Part shown: positions 26,201 to 41,200 of the stretch, one piece after another | Layout: each line of letters begins with the position of its first letter | Numbering within the stretch: position 1 is the first letter of the stretch | Notes under the pieces: model-generated | What the model was told of the DNA's origin: nothing | Databases searched by the model: none | Seen by the model: only the letters and a program-made list of their open reading frames with translations | Assembly (NCBI RefSeq): GCF_037042905.1 | Contig: NC_087250.1 | Coordinates: 11,782,001-11,846,000 of the forward strand | Direction of reading: 5' to 3' | DNA from: Lytechinus pictus | Taxonomy: Eukaryota | Length of the DNA stretch: 64,000 nucleotides | Made by a program: the position numbers and the translations under genes

Positions 26201-29200
26201 AATAAATATATACATTTTAACGATTTTTGCTCTACAAGTCTGATTTGGTTAATGATAGCAATATTGACTGGCCTGGGGGCAAAAGGACATATATCGCCCT
26301 CACTAAATTGATATCACCCTCGTCTACGACTCGGGCGATATAAATAGAGTTTGGGCGATATATGTCGTATCGCCCCGAGGCCAGTCAATATTGCTTTATT
26401 GTTGCAAATTCATTATGGCCCGAATTCACAAAGGTGGTTTTGAAAACCCACGGTTGAATCCATTGTTTATGCAGATTTCCTGTATAAATTACGCTTAATT
26501 TAGCGCGTATCGGCGCGTGTATAAAAAATGTCAAATGCTAATGCGCGCTTTTTGTCACAGTGCGCCAAATTTACGCCTGTTACCATGGTTAGATACGCTA
26601 TTTTATTAATGAGTCCACTGTTTGAAGAGTGGACTCATGATTAAAAACATTGGAATTATGAATAAAATAGCGTGGATAACCACGGCAACAGGCGTCAATT
26701 TGGTGCACTGTGACAAAAGCGCGCATCAGCATTGGACATTGTTTATACATGCGCCCTATACGCGCTAAATTAAGCGTAATTTATACAGGAAATCTGCATA
26801 AGCCATGGATTCAACCGTGGGTTTTCAAAACCACCTTTGTGAATTCGGGCCAAGTTTTAGGAAACGGGTCCTTGGTTGTAAACTGACCTGCGCCATGCAA
26901 GTGTCAAACAGCAGCACAGCGCAGTGGGTATCTGATTATCAGTCATTTAAAAACACGCACATCTTGTAGGCCTATATAGACCGTCTATTAGCATTATCCA
27001 GATTTGGTCTAGATTGGTTAGTTTCTTAAATATGGAATTCATGTGTATGGAAATCTAACTTAAAGAGGAATATCAAATAAATATATCAGTGTGTCTTTAG
27101 AGAACACAATACAGAAATATACATTACCAGGTTTCCTTTCGGAAGCATTTGGTGCACAGATTAACCAGGTTTTGAGAAAGTATAGATTAGATTATTTGCC
27201 CGAGGTTTGACAGTTAATTTTTGTAGTTTTGTAATATACCACAGCAAAGACCAGGGTTGCGGAAGCGGGGGGGGGGGGGGGGGGGGGGGCTGGGGGCCCC
27301 CACTTTTTTCCGAAACCGTGTACAAAAACGTAAAATTTACCATATGTCTTGTCCAAGTGATTGTCTGTTGACACACTCCTGAACCCATGTTTTTTTTATA
27401 CAGCAGGGGTATGATATAATGTTTTTTTGTTAATTGTAACATAGTAGGCATACTTTTTTCCGAAACCGTGTACAAAAACGTAAAATTTACCATATGTCTT
27501 GTCCAAGTGATTGTCTGTTGACACACTCCTGAACCCATGTTTTTTTTATACAGCAGGGGTATGATATAATGTTTTTTTGTTAATTGTAACATAGTAGGCA
27601 TAAAAAGCTGGACCCCACTAGTATTCCTTTTCATTGTACAAACCTTTTTAATTTACGATTTGAATTTCATTGATCAAAGTGGATCTGAAAAAATTGTGAA
27701 CCCTTAACAAACCCTGAAAATATCTGAAAGTACTTTGACCTATGTTATTGGCCTTTGACAAGTGATTTTCTCAATGACTTTGCTGGCATGGAGCTTCTAC
27801 CTTCAGATTATCCGATTGATGTTATTTTAACTTATTAGGACACACAATATAGTCTTAATCTTTTTCTTTGACGCATGCAAGTGGATCCACAATTTAAAGA
27901 ATGGTTGGTGTTAATTTGAATCGCTCTGATGATTTTTCTGACATCCTAATCAACTCACTCTCCAACTACAAGCTCTACATCCTGAAAAGATCCGTCAGTA
28001 TTTTGACCTATGTTATTGGCCTTTGACAAGTGATTTTCTCAATGACTTTGCTGGCATGGAGCTTCTACCTTCAGATTATCCAATTGATGTATTTTAACTT
28101 ATTAGGACACACAATACAGTCTTAATCTTTTTCTTTGTTGACGCATGCTAGTGGATCCACAATTTAAAGAATGATTGGTGTTAATTTGAATCGCTCTGAT
28201 GATTTTTCTGACATCCTAATCAACTCTCTCTCCAACTACAAGTTCTACATCCTGAAAAGATCCGTCAGTACTTTGACCCATGTTCTTGGCCTTTGTATTT
28301 GGAACTCTATATATGACTTTCCTAGCAGAGAGCTTATACCTTTATTATCCAATAGATGTTATGGTAACTTATTAGAACACACAATGGTCTTAATCTTCCT
28401 TGTAGTTGATGCTACCCGTAAACGGATCCACAATGTTAACACAAGGTGAAATGTGAATGCTTACTCCCTATGTATCAGCAATTACGGTTCTCTAAGTTAA
28501 ATTCTATACTTTAGCCTTTTGATTGATAGCACTGTTAAACAATTTGAATAAACAATTAATTATCAACGGGTAATCGTAATAAGGCCAACGTACAGGAGTA
28601 TAGTCTTATAAAATAACAAAATTAACTCACTTCATTAACATATTTATCATATCTATTGCAAGCCGTATTTGTATTAGTTCTTTAAAAAAAAAACTTATTT
28701 TCATTCCTTTTTTTTTTTCCTTTTTTTCCCCCTTTTTTTCCCCCCTTTTTTTTTTTTTTTTTTATCTCGGTCTCGATACCGTTATATTAAATGGTTGTAC
28801 AATATCCATGTGCTTTATGTAAGTTAGCCGTTAAGAGAAATCATAAAGGTCTTTTGTGCACTTCGTGTGACAAATGGGTACATATATCTTGTGCCGGCGT
28901 ACCACTGAACTTGTACAATAATGTATCCCATCATTTTAATAACTGGGAATGCCCTAGGTGTATTATGCAAAATTTGCCATTCTTTGACTTTGATATTGAT
29001 GTAACCGGTAAGGCTAATGATGTTCATGGTAAGCATGGATCTGCCCAATGTAACGATTCTCTTACATGTGACTTTATTTACTCGTGCCTTTCAGGTAAAG
29101 GAATTAAATTTACTCAGTTGAATGTAGTGAGTCTTTATAAACATATCGATGAGATACGCACTATCTTGAGTTGTAATGACATACATTTACTTGCTCTCAA

Positions 29201-32200
29201 TGAAACGAGACTTGATGCGTCCATAACTGATAATGAAATAGAAGTTTCACATTACAACATTGTTCGTAAAGATAGGAATAGGTTAGGCGGTGGTGTTTCA
29301 TTTTATATTCATGAAAGTGTAAAGTTCAGTATAATTGAGGATTCTCCTATGTCAGATTTTGAAGCCATACCTGTTGTCATAAATATAAAAAATTCTAAAC
29401 CAATAATGCTCTTAAATTGGTATCGACCGCCGAATTCTGAGTCTGATATTTTGAACCATTATGAAAACTTTTCGGAATATTCGGAAACTCTAGACTGTCA
29501 TCTTATTATCATGGGTGATATCAATCTTGATATATTGAAAGAGGTTGACGATTGTACCACGAGACGATATAAGCAGATTAACAACGTATTCTCATTATCT
29601 TTTGTCAATACTACTGAATGTACCAGAGTTACAAGTCAATCTGCCTCTCTTATTGATCACATGCTAACTAACAATAGTTCTATGATTAAGTCCTCTGGTG
29701 TCATACATAATGGTGTTAGTGACCATTCGATGAGCTATCTCGTTTGAGATCCCATCATACTCATTCTGGTGTCAAGTATTGTACCTACAGGAAATTGAAA
29801 GATGTTGATATCAATAAGTACAAGTCTGATTTAACTCAGCAAAACTGGATTGAGGTTGAGTCGGAAAATGATATCGATAAAGCTACTGATAAATTTGAAA
29901 AGATGTTCCTAGAAGTTGTAAATACACATATGCCTCTTAAGACAAAGAGGGTTCGAAAAATGCAATCACCATGGATAAACGAAAGTATATTTCAAGCAAT
30001 GAAGAAAAGAGACATGGCTAAAACAAAGGCTATCAAAACCAAAAATGAGAATTTTTGGAAAGATTATCGTGTATTAAAGAATAAAGTATCATCTCTGATC
30101 AAAAAGGCTAAGAAAGATTATTATACAGAACAACTAACCAAAGATAAAAATTCGAATAATTCATGGAAAACATTATCTTCTTTGTTACCCAAGAACATTT
30201 CTTCGTCTCCACCTCAATCCAGTCAAAGTCAAACCATGGCCAACCAATTTAATCAATATTTTGCAAATATAGGTAATTTGTTGAACCTGGCCTCTGCGAC
30301 AGAAAAAGACTTAGTGCATGATGAAAACGTTACTGGTATGGCAGTTGAACATCCATTGAAACTTTGTACTGTAAGTCAAAATGATATATTGAAAGAAGTA
30401 CTACAACAAAAAAATAAGAAATCCGTGGGTTTAGACGGAATACCCATTCATATCCTAAAAATGTCCATAAATGAAATTATACGTCCAGTTAGCTATCTTA
30501 TGAATGAATCCATCGTTCAAGGTGTCTTTCCAAAGAAATGGAAAATTGCCAAAGTTATTCCGTTACACAAAAAAGGTGATCGATCAAATCCTAATAACTA
30601 CAGACCGATTTCTATTCTTTCTTGTTTATCGAAGGTTCTTGAAAGATTAATCCATAAACAGCTCGTACAACATTTAAATTGTAATAACATTATCACTTTG
30701 GACCAATCAGGCTTCCGTCCTAAACATTCTACCTCAACCGCCCTAATCAAAGTCACGGATGATTGGTTAATAGATCTTGATGATGGAAAATACACTGGTG
30801 CGGTCTTCATTGACCTCCAAAAAGCTTTTGATATGGTTAACATTCAATGTCTACTTGAAAAACTTAAAAGAGCTGGGATTAAAGAAACGAATTTGAACTG
30901 GTTTCATAGCTACCTTTCAGACAGAAAAATTGTAACATGTATTCATAACTGCAACTCTGAAGAATTACCAATCAAGCAAGGGGTTCCTCAAGGATCGATA
31001 CTAGGTCCGCTGCTTTTTATAATTTTTATTAATGATTTACCTACTATTTTCAAGTCATGCAACATCCATCTCTATGCAGATGACACTGTGATTTACTTTT
31101 CTCATAAAGATCCCCACGTAGTTCAATCAACGTTAAATAGAGAGTTGCTCATTCTTGATAGATGGATGGACATGAATAGACTTAAAATTAATTATGACAA
31201 AACAATGTGCATGCTTTTTGGAAATAGACATATGCTAAAAAAACACAATGGATTAGATTTAAGAATTGATGGTCATACCATCAAACAAGTATCTTCGCTG
31301 AAATACTTGGGTGTGTATATTGATTCAGAACTGAAATGGGATGTTCATGTTAACCACTTAAGTGAAAAGGTGGGTCGAATGATTTCGTTCCTCCGTAGAT
31401 TAAGTAAATTTATCAATAGGAATAGTTTGAAAATTATCTATCAGAGCGTTATACTACCCAACTTGGATTATGCTGATGTAATATGGCAATCTTCCTATGA
31501 CAAATATACAGATCAGCTACAAAAGTTGCAAAATAGAGCTGGTAGAATTATCCTTAATTATAATAATCGGTCACATGTTTCTATTGACTCAATTCATGAA
31601 ATAATGGAATGGCAAACCCTGAAGTCTAGGCAAAACTTTCATATTCAAACAATGATGTTTAAGATCCTCCATGATTTGGCTCCCAAATATCTAACAAAAT
31701 ACATATTTTACACCTCAAGACCTTACCATTTTCGAAAAAATAATTTGTGCCTCCCCAAACCCAGAACTAATTATTGCAAACGCACATTTTTCTATAGGGG
31801 GACTAAGTTGTTTAACAGTATCCCAAATAATATTCGTAATTGTATGACCTTAAATTCTTTTAGATCAGCGTTGTCACATTTGAGACATTGATTTCTTTTT
31901 TTTGGGGGGGTGGGGTAGTGGGGTAGGAGTAAGCAAACTGATAGTGATTTTTTTTTTCTCTCTCCTTTCCTTTTCTTTCTTCCTTCATTTCCCTCTTTTG
32001 TCTTTTCTTTTCTGTTCTCATTTTCCGCTCCCTATGACTCTCTTTTTACTTGGTCCCCATGGAAGACCAGCCGCACATATAATTGGTGCAGCTGAATATG
32101 GGTTATCCAACCGTCTCCTGTCTTAAGTTTGATCTTTTAACTTTCTTAACATGTTTCAATCAATCATTTTTTTTTCTTTTCTTTTTTTTAATCAATGTTT

Positions 32201-35200
32201 AGAATTTATTTCATTATGTATGTGTATGTTACTCCTTGTATCTCTTGTTTATATATTGTTATGTATTTTTTTATGACGGAAATAAAACAAACAAACAAAC
32301 AAACAAAAGTTATCTAATTAACTATTTATTGCAAAGAACCCATACTAACAAGCTTTGCTTTCCAGTAGGTTCCCTTTTTTCATTTCTGTATATTATATTT
32401 TTTGTGCTTTGCTATACATTGTAACTTTTGTTAAATTTTTGAATGAAAAAGAATAAATGCAATCAATCAATCATATGATTGTGATTTTTTGCATGGTCAG
32501 CCCCCACTTCGAAAACCGTTCCGCGGCCCCTGAAGACCCCGCGTTTGAAATCCTGGGTCAACCCCTGCTTAGTAATTCCTACCGATGAAAGCTCCTGGGT
32601 AAATTTCGTCTCGAATTCCACTTTCGCATCTTGGCCAATCTGTTTTAGAATGAATGTAGTTTCATCTTTGACGCATACACAATCTTTGGCCTTCCATTCA
32701 TCACAAAGTCGCTGAAAAGAGAAAAGTATACGTATACTGTAACTTATTATTAGTATCATTATTATCGTGATTATTCATATCATTATTTTATATTATTTTT
32801 CAAAACATATAGAATACAAAATTACAAACAAATCGAAGAGAAGATCAATTACAATTTTACATGAAAAAGAAAATTAGACCTGGGTCCCGTAACACAAAGT
32901 TTAGCGATTAATCGCTAATTGAAATTGCCTATCAAGATCATTGTTGCATGCGCATTTTGCTCCGTAGACTGACTAGGAACCAATCAGAATTGTTCTTTCA
33001 AATTAGTGATTAATCGCTAACATTTGTGTTACGGAGCCTGGAAGAGCGTTGGAGTGGCTGCAATTGTTTGTAAAAGGCTATTCCAATAACCATAACCCAT
33101 GGGTCCTCCTCCCAATATACATGTATATAGTATATTCATAAACATATTTGTATACTACATTAATTAAATCCCGTATATTGATTGGTTTAAATAGCATCAC
33201 ATGACCAAACATATCCTAGCTATGCTGTTGAAACAAAAGGCTCATGAAGAAAATGTGCAATTCCGTGCGGTTAGTGATGGAATAGTGCACTATTCCATTG
33301 GAAATGATGCAATATCTCGGGCGCGCCGATCTAGTACGATCTGATACGATCATTACAATTATTACAATATTAAGATCACCATTAACACTCGTGGCGCAAA
33401 TCGTAAAACGTATGGTTGAACTATGAGTACTATTATCAAGATCCGTTGTTATGAAACAAAAATGTACCAGGACTTTATGTACCAGGACTTTATTTCAAAA
33501 GTATAGATGGAATTATTCACCCCCTTTTGTATCTGATTTTATGTTTCAAACTGCTCTTAAATCAACTTTGCAATGGAAATTCCTAGAAGGACTCATACAA
33601 TTTTTCCTTTCTCCTTAAAAGAATTTCAAAATGGAAAGTGGAGGTTCGATATCTCATAAACCATCATCTCATAACAATGTTTAGTCAATAGAACTAGTAA
33701 TTTGGACCGGCCATAAGGAAGTCTATTTGCTTATTGATGTTGTTTTTGTCGGCTTAAATACATAATTGGATAGCGGTAGTTTTCAGCGAATCATTTGATT
33801 AATTAATATCACCATGTTCACCTGTCCTAGTTCACCAAAGGGGAAATAGAACTGCAAATGAATAATGGGTCTCCTGTTTTTCGGCATCTCGCTTGGCAGA
33901 AAAGCTAGCATGGCCACTCTTTTTCCTACACACATGTCATCCTTCATCGAGGCTGTGTACAATCCGGGTTTGTCCAAGTTGAAAAGCAGCTTGTCTTTCG
34001 TGATGGTGCATTCGGAAGGAGACAGTTCCCGACGAGAAACGCCTCCTCCCCCTGTTAGGTGGAAGATACACAATCAAGAAAAGCGCAGTGGTTTCATGTC
34101 AATCGTTGGAACATACAGGAAATAAGGTGCTAAAGCCAAATAAAGTGCCGATTTAGCACTTTATTTGGCTTTAGCACCTTATTTCCTGTATGGAGCTCGT
34201 ATAACGTGCTGTGACGTACCACATTAAACACCGTAAGCGCTGGAAATCAGCACCTAAACTGCAGTCACCATACCGCCTGCCTGAAGTGCTGATTTAGCAC
34301 TTATTCTTAAAAATATTTTTTGGTTATGTATTATTTTTTAGATTGAGGGAGGAAGTGAGGGGAAACCCATTAGTCGGGATTATTTACACTTTAATGCTTC
34401 TGTACTTCTTGTCTTCAATAATATTATCAACAATGAGCAATAAAATAAGGTTAATCGGCCCTAACTACTGCAAAAACTCTGGTGTTGATTTAACACCAGC
34501 CCGAAATCTATATATGTCCACACCAGATAAGTGTTAAACAACACCAGTTTCGTTTTGGTCTAACACCAGATTTAATTAATTAATTAATTAGTATTAAAAC
34601 AACATCGGCTCGATTCCAAACTGGTGTTGTTTCAATACTTCTCTGGTGTGGACATATATAGATTCCGGGCTGGTGTTAAATCAATACCGGAGTTTTTGTA
34701 GTGACAAATATATATTTTTTTAAGTACGTTCAACTGAAAGGTAAATCGTACCTTCGGTGTGATCAGAACCTTTCTCTGACTTGTGATAAACAACCACCTT
34801 TCCTTTCCCTTCAAGAGCAGCCTGCGAAAGCTCTGCACAGTGGCTCAAAATCATCTCAACCGGGCTTCCTTCGAAGTTTCCACCGACGTTGACAGTTGGA
34901 CAAATTGCTACATCATCTGTTTCGGAAACTCCTTCCATGAGGTCGGCTGATGAGATGCCAACTTTAAAGAAGGTGGAAATGGAGGTTGCACATGTGCTTA
35001 AATAACCTGACACCCTAATTTGTTTCATGCGTATTTTATTCAGTGCAACAATCTTACTATTCATTGCGTTTTAGATCAGGGCCCCGTCTTACAGAGATAC
35101 GATTGATCCAATCAATCGTATCTCTTTGGAAATCCATCAGTGTCATAATTTTGTCTTTCAGGAAATGTGCAAAATGACCTTAGTAAACGAAGGAGAACAC

Positions 35201-38200
35201 ACCGAACTGTCAAGAAATCAAAGAATTTATGGACATACATTCATATCCAGAAATTTCTTTTGAGCAAACATGCATTGAATATGTTGACTTTGCTGGTTTT
35301 GCGATTGATCGGATCAATCGCAACTCTTTGTAAGACGGCTCCCTGATCCTAAAATGAACTCCAAGAAAGGCCATGTAGCAATGTATTAGTTTCACACTGA
35401 ACAAACTCCGGTGTTGATTTAACACCAGCCCGGAATCTACATATGCCCACACAAGAGAAGTATTGAAACAACACCAGTTTGGAATGAAACCCTTGCTGTT
35501 TTAATAATTGGTGTTGTTTAAACACCTATCTGGTATTAGACCGAATTCAAACCGGTGTAGTTTAACACCTCTCTGGTGTGGACATATTAGACGGGTCAAT
35601 ATATGGTTTGACCCGGAACAAATTGCAACAAATGATTTTTCAACTGTTTCTGGCAGTATTTGACCTCAGGAATAACATACTAAAAATCTACCAAAATCCG
35701 CATCCGGGAAAGTGGTTATTTTCAAGATGGCGTCCAAGATGGCCGCCATTCACTAAAAATGGATATAACTCACTCATTATCCACCCTAGAATCCTATTTG
35801 GGTTCATATTCCATGGTCCAATGGGTAAACGAATTTATTTAGACAAGTTAGAGTGAATATTAGCACTCCAAGGTACCAGGAAAATCCAAGATGGCGCCCA
35901 AATTGGCTGCCGTAGTCTAAAAAATCCACAATTCATCTATTACTTACTTAAGTGGCTTTAATTTGGTTTCCATTCGATTGTTTTAATGGTGAAGTAGTAC
36001 ATCGGGACAAGTTACAAGGACAGTCAGTGGTCTGGTGTGTCCATAAATACAAGATGGCTTCCAAAAATATTGAGTTTAAAATGGCTGTTTATCCTTAAAA
36101 TGGGCATAGCTCATATCACATCTACCTGAGAGATATGATTTTGGTGTCTAGACCATGGTTTCAATGGTCAAATAATACATTGTGACAAGTTACAAGGACA
36201 GTCAGTGGTCCGCTGTGTCCAAAAATACAAGATGGCTTCAAAAAATTGAGTTTAAAATGGCTGTTTATCCTTAAAATGGGCATAGCTCATATCACATCTA
36301 CCTGAGAGATATGATTTTGGTGTCTAGACCATGGTTTCAATGGTCAAATAATACATTGTGACAAGTTACAAGGACAGTCAGTGGTCCGGTATGTTAAAAA
36401 ATCCAAGATGGCTTCCAAAAATGGAGTAAAAAATGCTGTTGCTACTTAAAAAAACCCAACATAGTTCGTTCAATATCCGGGAATATGATTTTTGTGCCTA
36501 TACCATGGTTAAATGGGTCAAATAATAAATTGGGATAAGTTACAAGGACGATGGGTGGTCAAGTATGTCCAAAAGTCCACGGTGGCTTAAAAAATAGTAT
36601 CAATTAGCCGCGATGGTATTTAAAAATGCAAATTGTTCATGTTATATTCGTCAAGGGCATATGATTTTGTTGCCTATATCATGGTTTCAAAAGGAATAAA
36701 ATTAGTTACAAGGACAGTCAGTGGTCCAGTATGTCGAAAATCTAAGAAAGCTTCCAAAAATCGGAGTCTAAAATGACTGCTGTTACTTTTAAAATGGACA
36801 TAGTTCATTATCCACCAAGGAGATATGATTTCGGTGACCACACTATGGTTTCATGGTTAAAACAATACGTTTGGACTGGTTACATTGATATGCAGTTGTC
36901 CAGTTTGCCTAAAACACAAGAGGGTTTTTAAAAAGGGAATCTAAAACGACTCATATTCAATAGTGGTCAGAGTTCTACAATATTCACCTGTAAGAAATAA
37001 TGTTGGTGTCCAAATTGTGGTATGAAGGGTCAAATAATAAAATCGGACAAGTAACAAGGATGGTTAGTACTCAATGTTGTCAAAGAATCCATGATGGATT
37101 CTAAAATTTCATCAAAATGGGTGCTGTACCAACTCATGAAACAATAATAACTTGTCCCCATGCATTTAAGTGCAGGAACCTAGATTATTTCTAACAGGTA
37201 GATATTTTACGTAACAGTAGTCACTTTAGAACCCATTTTTTAAGTTTACTTGGATTTTGAGGCAAAATGGATAGCTGCATATCATAGTAACCAGTCCCAA
37301 AGTATTGTTTGGCCCTTGAAACCCTAGTGTAGACACCAAAATAATATCCCCAAGGTGTATTTATAATGTTCTGCATCCACTTTTAAGTAACAGCAGCCAT
37401 TTAAGACCCCCATTTTTAAAGCCATCTTCGATTTTTGGACATACCTGACACCTGACTGTCCTTTCAACTTAACCAAATGTATTGCTTGACCCTGTAAACT
37501 CTAGCATAGACAGCAAAATCATACCTCCAAGGTGTATTTATAATAAACTATGCATACTTGTAAGTAACAACAGTCAATTTACACCCCATTTTTTTTTAAA
37601 GTAATCTAGGATTTTTAAAATACAGACAACTGATTGGTCTTGTAACTGACCCTAGTGTATTACTTGACCTTTTTAAACCATGGTTTAACACCAAACTCAT
37701 TTTCCCCATACAGATATTAAACAAACTATGTCCTTTTATAAGTAACATCAGACATTTTTTACTCCATTTTTGGAAGCCATCTTGGAATTTTGGACATACT
37801 AGACCACTGACTGCCATTGTCTTGTCCTAATATATAATTTGACCCTTGAAACCATAGTTTAGACACCGAAATCATATCTCACAGGCGGATTTAAAATGAT
37901 ATATGCCATTTTAAAGTATCAACAGCCATTTTAAAATCAGGTTTTGGAAGCCATATTGGATTTTTGGTCATACCAGACCACTGACTGGCCTTAAAATATG
38001 TCCTAATGTATCATTTTGGCCCTCAAACCAGTGGTTTAGACACCAAAATCACATTTCCCAGGCCGATATGAAATGAGCTTTGTCCGCTTTAAGTATCAGC
38101 AGCATATTTTTAAGATCAATTTTTGGACGCCATCTTCGATTTTTGGACATACCAGACCATTGACTTTCCTTGTAACTTATCCTAATATATTATTTGACCC

Positions 38201-41200
38201 TTGAAACCAGTGGTTTAGACATGAAAATCACATATCCCAGGTCAAAATGAAATGAGCTTTGTCCGCTTTAAGTATTAGCAGCCATTTCAGAATCATTTTT
38301 TGAAATCCATCGGGGATTTTTGCACATACCAGACCACTGACTTTCCTTGTAACTTATCCCAATGTATTATTTGACCCATTTAACCATGGTAGAGACACAA
38401 AAATCATATTTCTGGACATTGAACAAACTATGTCGGATTTTTTTAAGTAGCAACAGCAATTTTCGACTCCATTTTTGGAAGCCATCTTTGATTTTTTAAC
38501 ATACTGCACCACTGACTGTCCTTGTAACTTGTCCCAATGTCTTATTTGACCATTGAAATCATGGTCTAGTCACCAAAATCATTATGTCCCAGGCGAATAT
38601 GAAATGAACTTTGTCCATTTTAATTATCAACAGCCATTTTAAACTCCATTCTTGGAAGCCATCTTGGATTCTTGGACACACCAGACCACTGGCTGTCCTT
38701 GTAACTTGTTTCAATGTACTATTTCACCCTCAAAACCATTGAATAGAAAACAAATTTAGATGAATTGTGGATTTTCAGCCTACAGCAGCCATTTTGGGCG
38801 CCATCTTGGATTTGCCTGGTACACTGGAGGGCTTATAATTCATTCTAGCCTATATCAATTTTTTTACCCCCAGACCATGGAATATGAACCGAATTAGTAT
38901 TCTATGGTGGATAATGTGTCATTTGTATCCATTTTCAGTGAATGGCGGCCATCTTGGACGCCATCTTGAAAATAACCACTTTCCCGTATGCGGATTTTGG
39001 TAGATTTTTAGTATGTTATTCCTGAGGTCAAATAGTACAAAATACCGTTGAAAAATCATTTGTTGCAATTTGTTCCGGGTAAGGCTATTTTTGGTCGTAT
39101 ATTGACCCGTCTATATAATAGATTCCGGGCTGGTGTTAAATCAACACCGGTGTTTTTGCAGTGCACTGTTCCCAGTATCTGGAATAGTCTCCCTGTCAAT
39201 ATCCGTTCATGTTCTTCATTACGAGTATTCAAAAATAATCTAAAAAAACCCCATATCTGTTTCAAAATAATACCCCTTCATATATATTTTTTGGTAAGCA
39301 CTTGGAGAGCAGAATATTACTCTTTTTGTCATATAAAGCGCTTTGAGCATGATAATGGAAAGTTGCTATATAAATATTTAATGTATGTATGACAGAGTAT
39401 CCCTTGCCAGCCAATCCTGAACCTCTTCCTAGTTTAGAATTTGCAAAGATCATGGACATCTTCGAAAGATCAAAGCTAGGATGTCATGAAATATCAAGGG
39501 GGTTTTCGTAATCACTACGCATGCAGACGCTTTTTCCTTTTGTCAAAAACCCTACAAAATGAAAACAGGCTCTGTCGATAATCAGTGAATTAAAACAGCA
39601 GTGTCGTCTTGGTGGGTGTTTCATGAAATTTGTCATCGGTGATTAAATCCTTGGTTTTTAATGGGCTAAGGAGCACTGTTCCCTAACTATTACTGTGGTA
39701 TATCACTCTAAATACCGAGGATATAAAATAAAACCAGATCGGCTGTGAATAGTGACCAGCCGAATTTAGAATTTGTTTTAAATCTTAAGGATTGACTTTT
39801 AATTCAAAAATATTTAAATTCATTTTTTTTTTTTTTTTTATTCCAATCAACAAGGTTTAAATCTAAATTTAATATTCGGCTGTTCTCTATTCACAGCCGA
39901 TCTGGATTTATTTTAAATCCTTGGAATTTAGAGTGTAACTGTGGGAGAGAGAGACAGCGTGCCAGTGTTGCCAACTTTGATGAACCGGTCCCTCTGGCTC
40001 CGGACAAATGACAAATGTTCGTCCAGCCCAAATCTTCAAATGATCTGCTGTCCCTATCCACCAACTCCCCCCCCCCCCAAAAAAAAAAAAAAAACCCTCT
40101 CAGTTGTCCATTGTTATTTGAATCAAATTTTCGAAGGGATTGGTGCGTTGTAGAAAGCGTGTTCGTAGTGATTTCGAAAACTCTCTAACAATCGTGGGGG
40201 GGGGGGGTTGGGACTTACTCTTGATGCCGTGGTCTTCCGATGGATCGGTCAGACGAACTTCGATAGAGATCCCCATTTGCCTATTTTCGTAAAGGCCATA
40301 CGAAATACCTTCCTTCCCAATTGTTTGATACGCCGTAGGTTCCTCAAAATCGACTTGGACAGTGCCTTAAAAGATAAAGGAATCATTCTTCAAATCGTCT
40401 CTCAAAACTCAATACTTCAGCAGACAATGGCAGATGTGTAGTAATAATTATGTTTTTAACAGAATTATGGCGCGATATAAATGATGTGGATTATCATCAT
40501 CATAATTATTATTCAAAATTGAGAAGATGAATAATCATGATAATAATAATAATAATAATGATAATAATAATAATTACAATAATAAGGTTGCTCTATACCA
40601 AAATCAGTTCATGTGTTAAACCAAACTTACCCCGACCCGAAGCATGACTTTAAGGACGTTCCACAATTAAGTTTGTGCGCATTATGACGTGCTTTGACGT
40701 CATAATTCATACATAGGTGATTGATTAGTTTTAGATATTTTCCCTTGATCTGCATTCTAAAATGAGATCAGATGAGCTATTTTGTATTATATTGAAGGTG
40801 ATTTGCTGAAAATAAGTTATGAACCCAATGTATAAATACCTCTACATTTTCATAATACCTTACTCTGCATTGGTGGAAATTTTAAAGAACAAGACATCGA
40901 TTTTGAATGAATGGTAAGATATTTTAAAATGTTTCCTCACATAGATGTAAAGCATTTGGCGTGTTTTTGTTTTAAAAAAAAACCACTTGTTCCAAAAGTG
41001 CTGTTTAAAACACGTAAATGAACCCCCTTTTTTGCTGACACATATTAAGTAAACCCTTTTCTACAACTTTGCAGTTTTGAAAAAAAGTGATGCATTTATT
41101 GTACTTTGCAAATATATTATGAAAAAAAAAACCTTTAGAGATAGGTCTTTGTGATCTTTTGGCATCATTCATAGCACTTTAAGATGCTACTAGCCTTAAA

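Larger units (their letters stand above)
28791..32307 (+). mobile_element. CR1/L2-group (Crack/Daphne-like) LINE with near-complete ORF2, antisense in intron 7 of the host gene
   Basis: PHD finger, AP endonuclease (NET, YRPP, GD.N, IDH, SDH), RT (YRPIS, QSGFR, GVPQGSILGP, YADD, YLGV); 3'UTR with AATAAA and (AAAC)n tail. Confidence 0.95.
27252..32532. mobile_element. hAT-like MITE split by LINE insertions
   Basis: CAGGGTTGCGGAA ... TTCCGCGGCCCCTG; the junction CATATG is repeated at ~27341 and ~32472. Confidence 0.5.

Noticed and set aside
27161..27634. 157-aa ORF with an internal repeat and poly-Pro
   Set aside because: Artefact of the 150-bp duplication and poly-G tract
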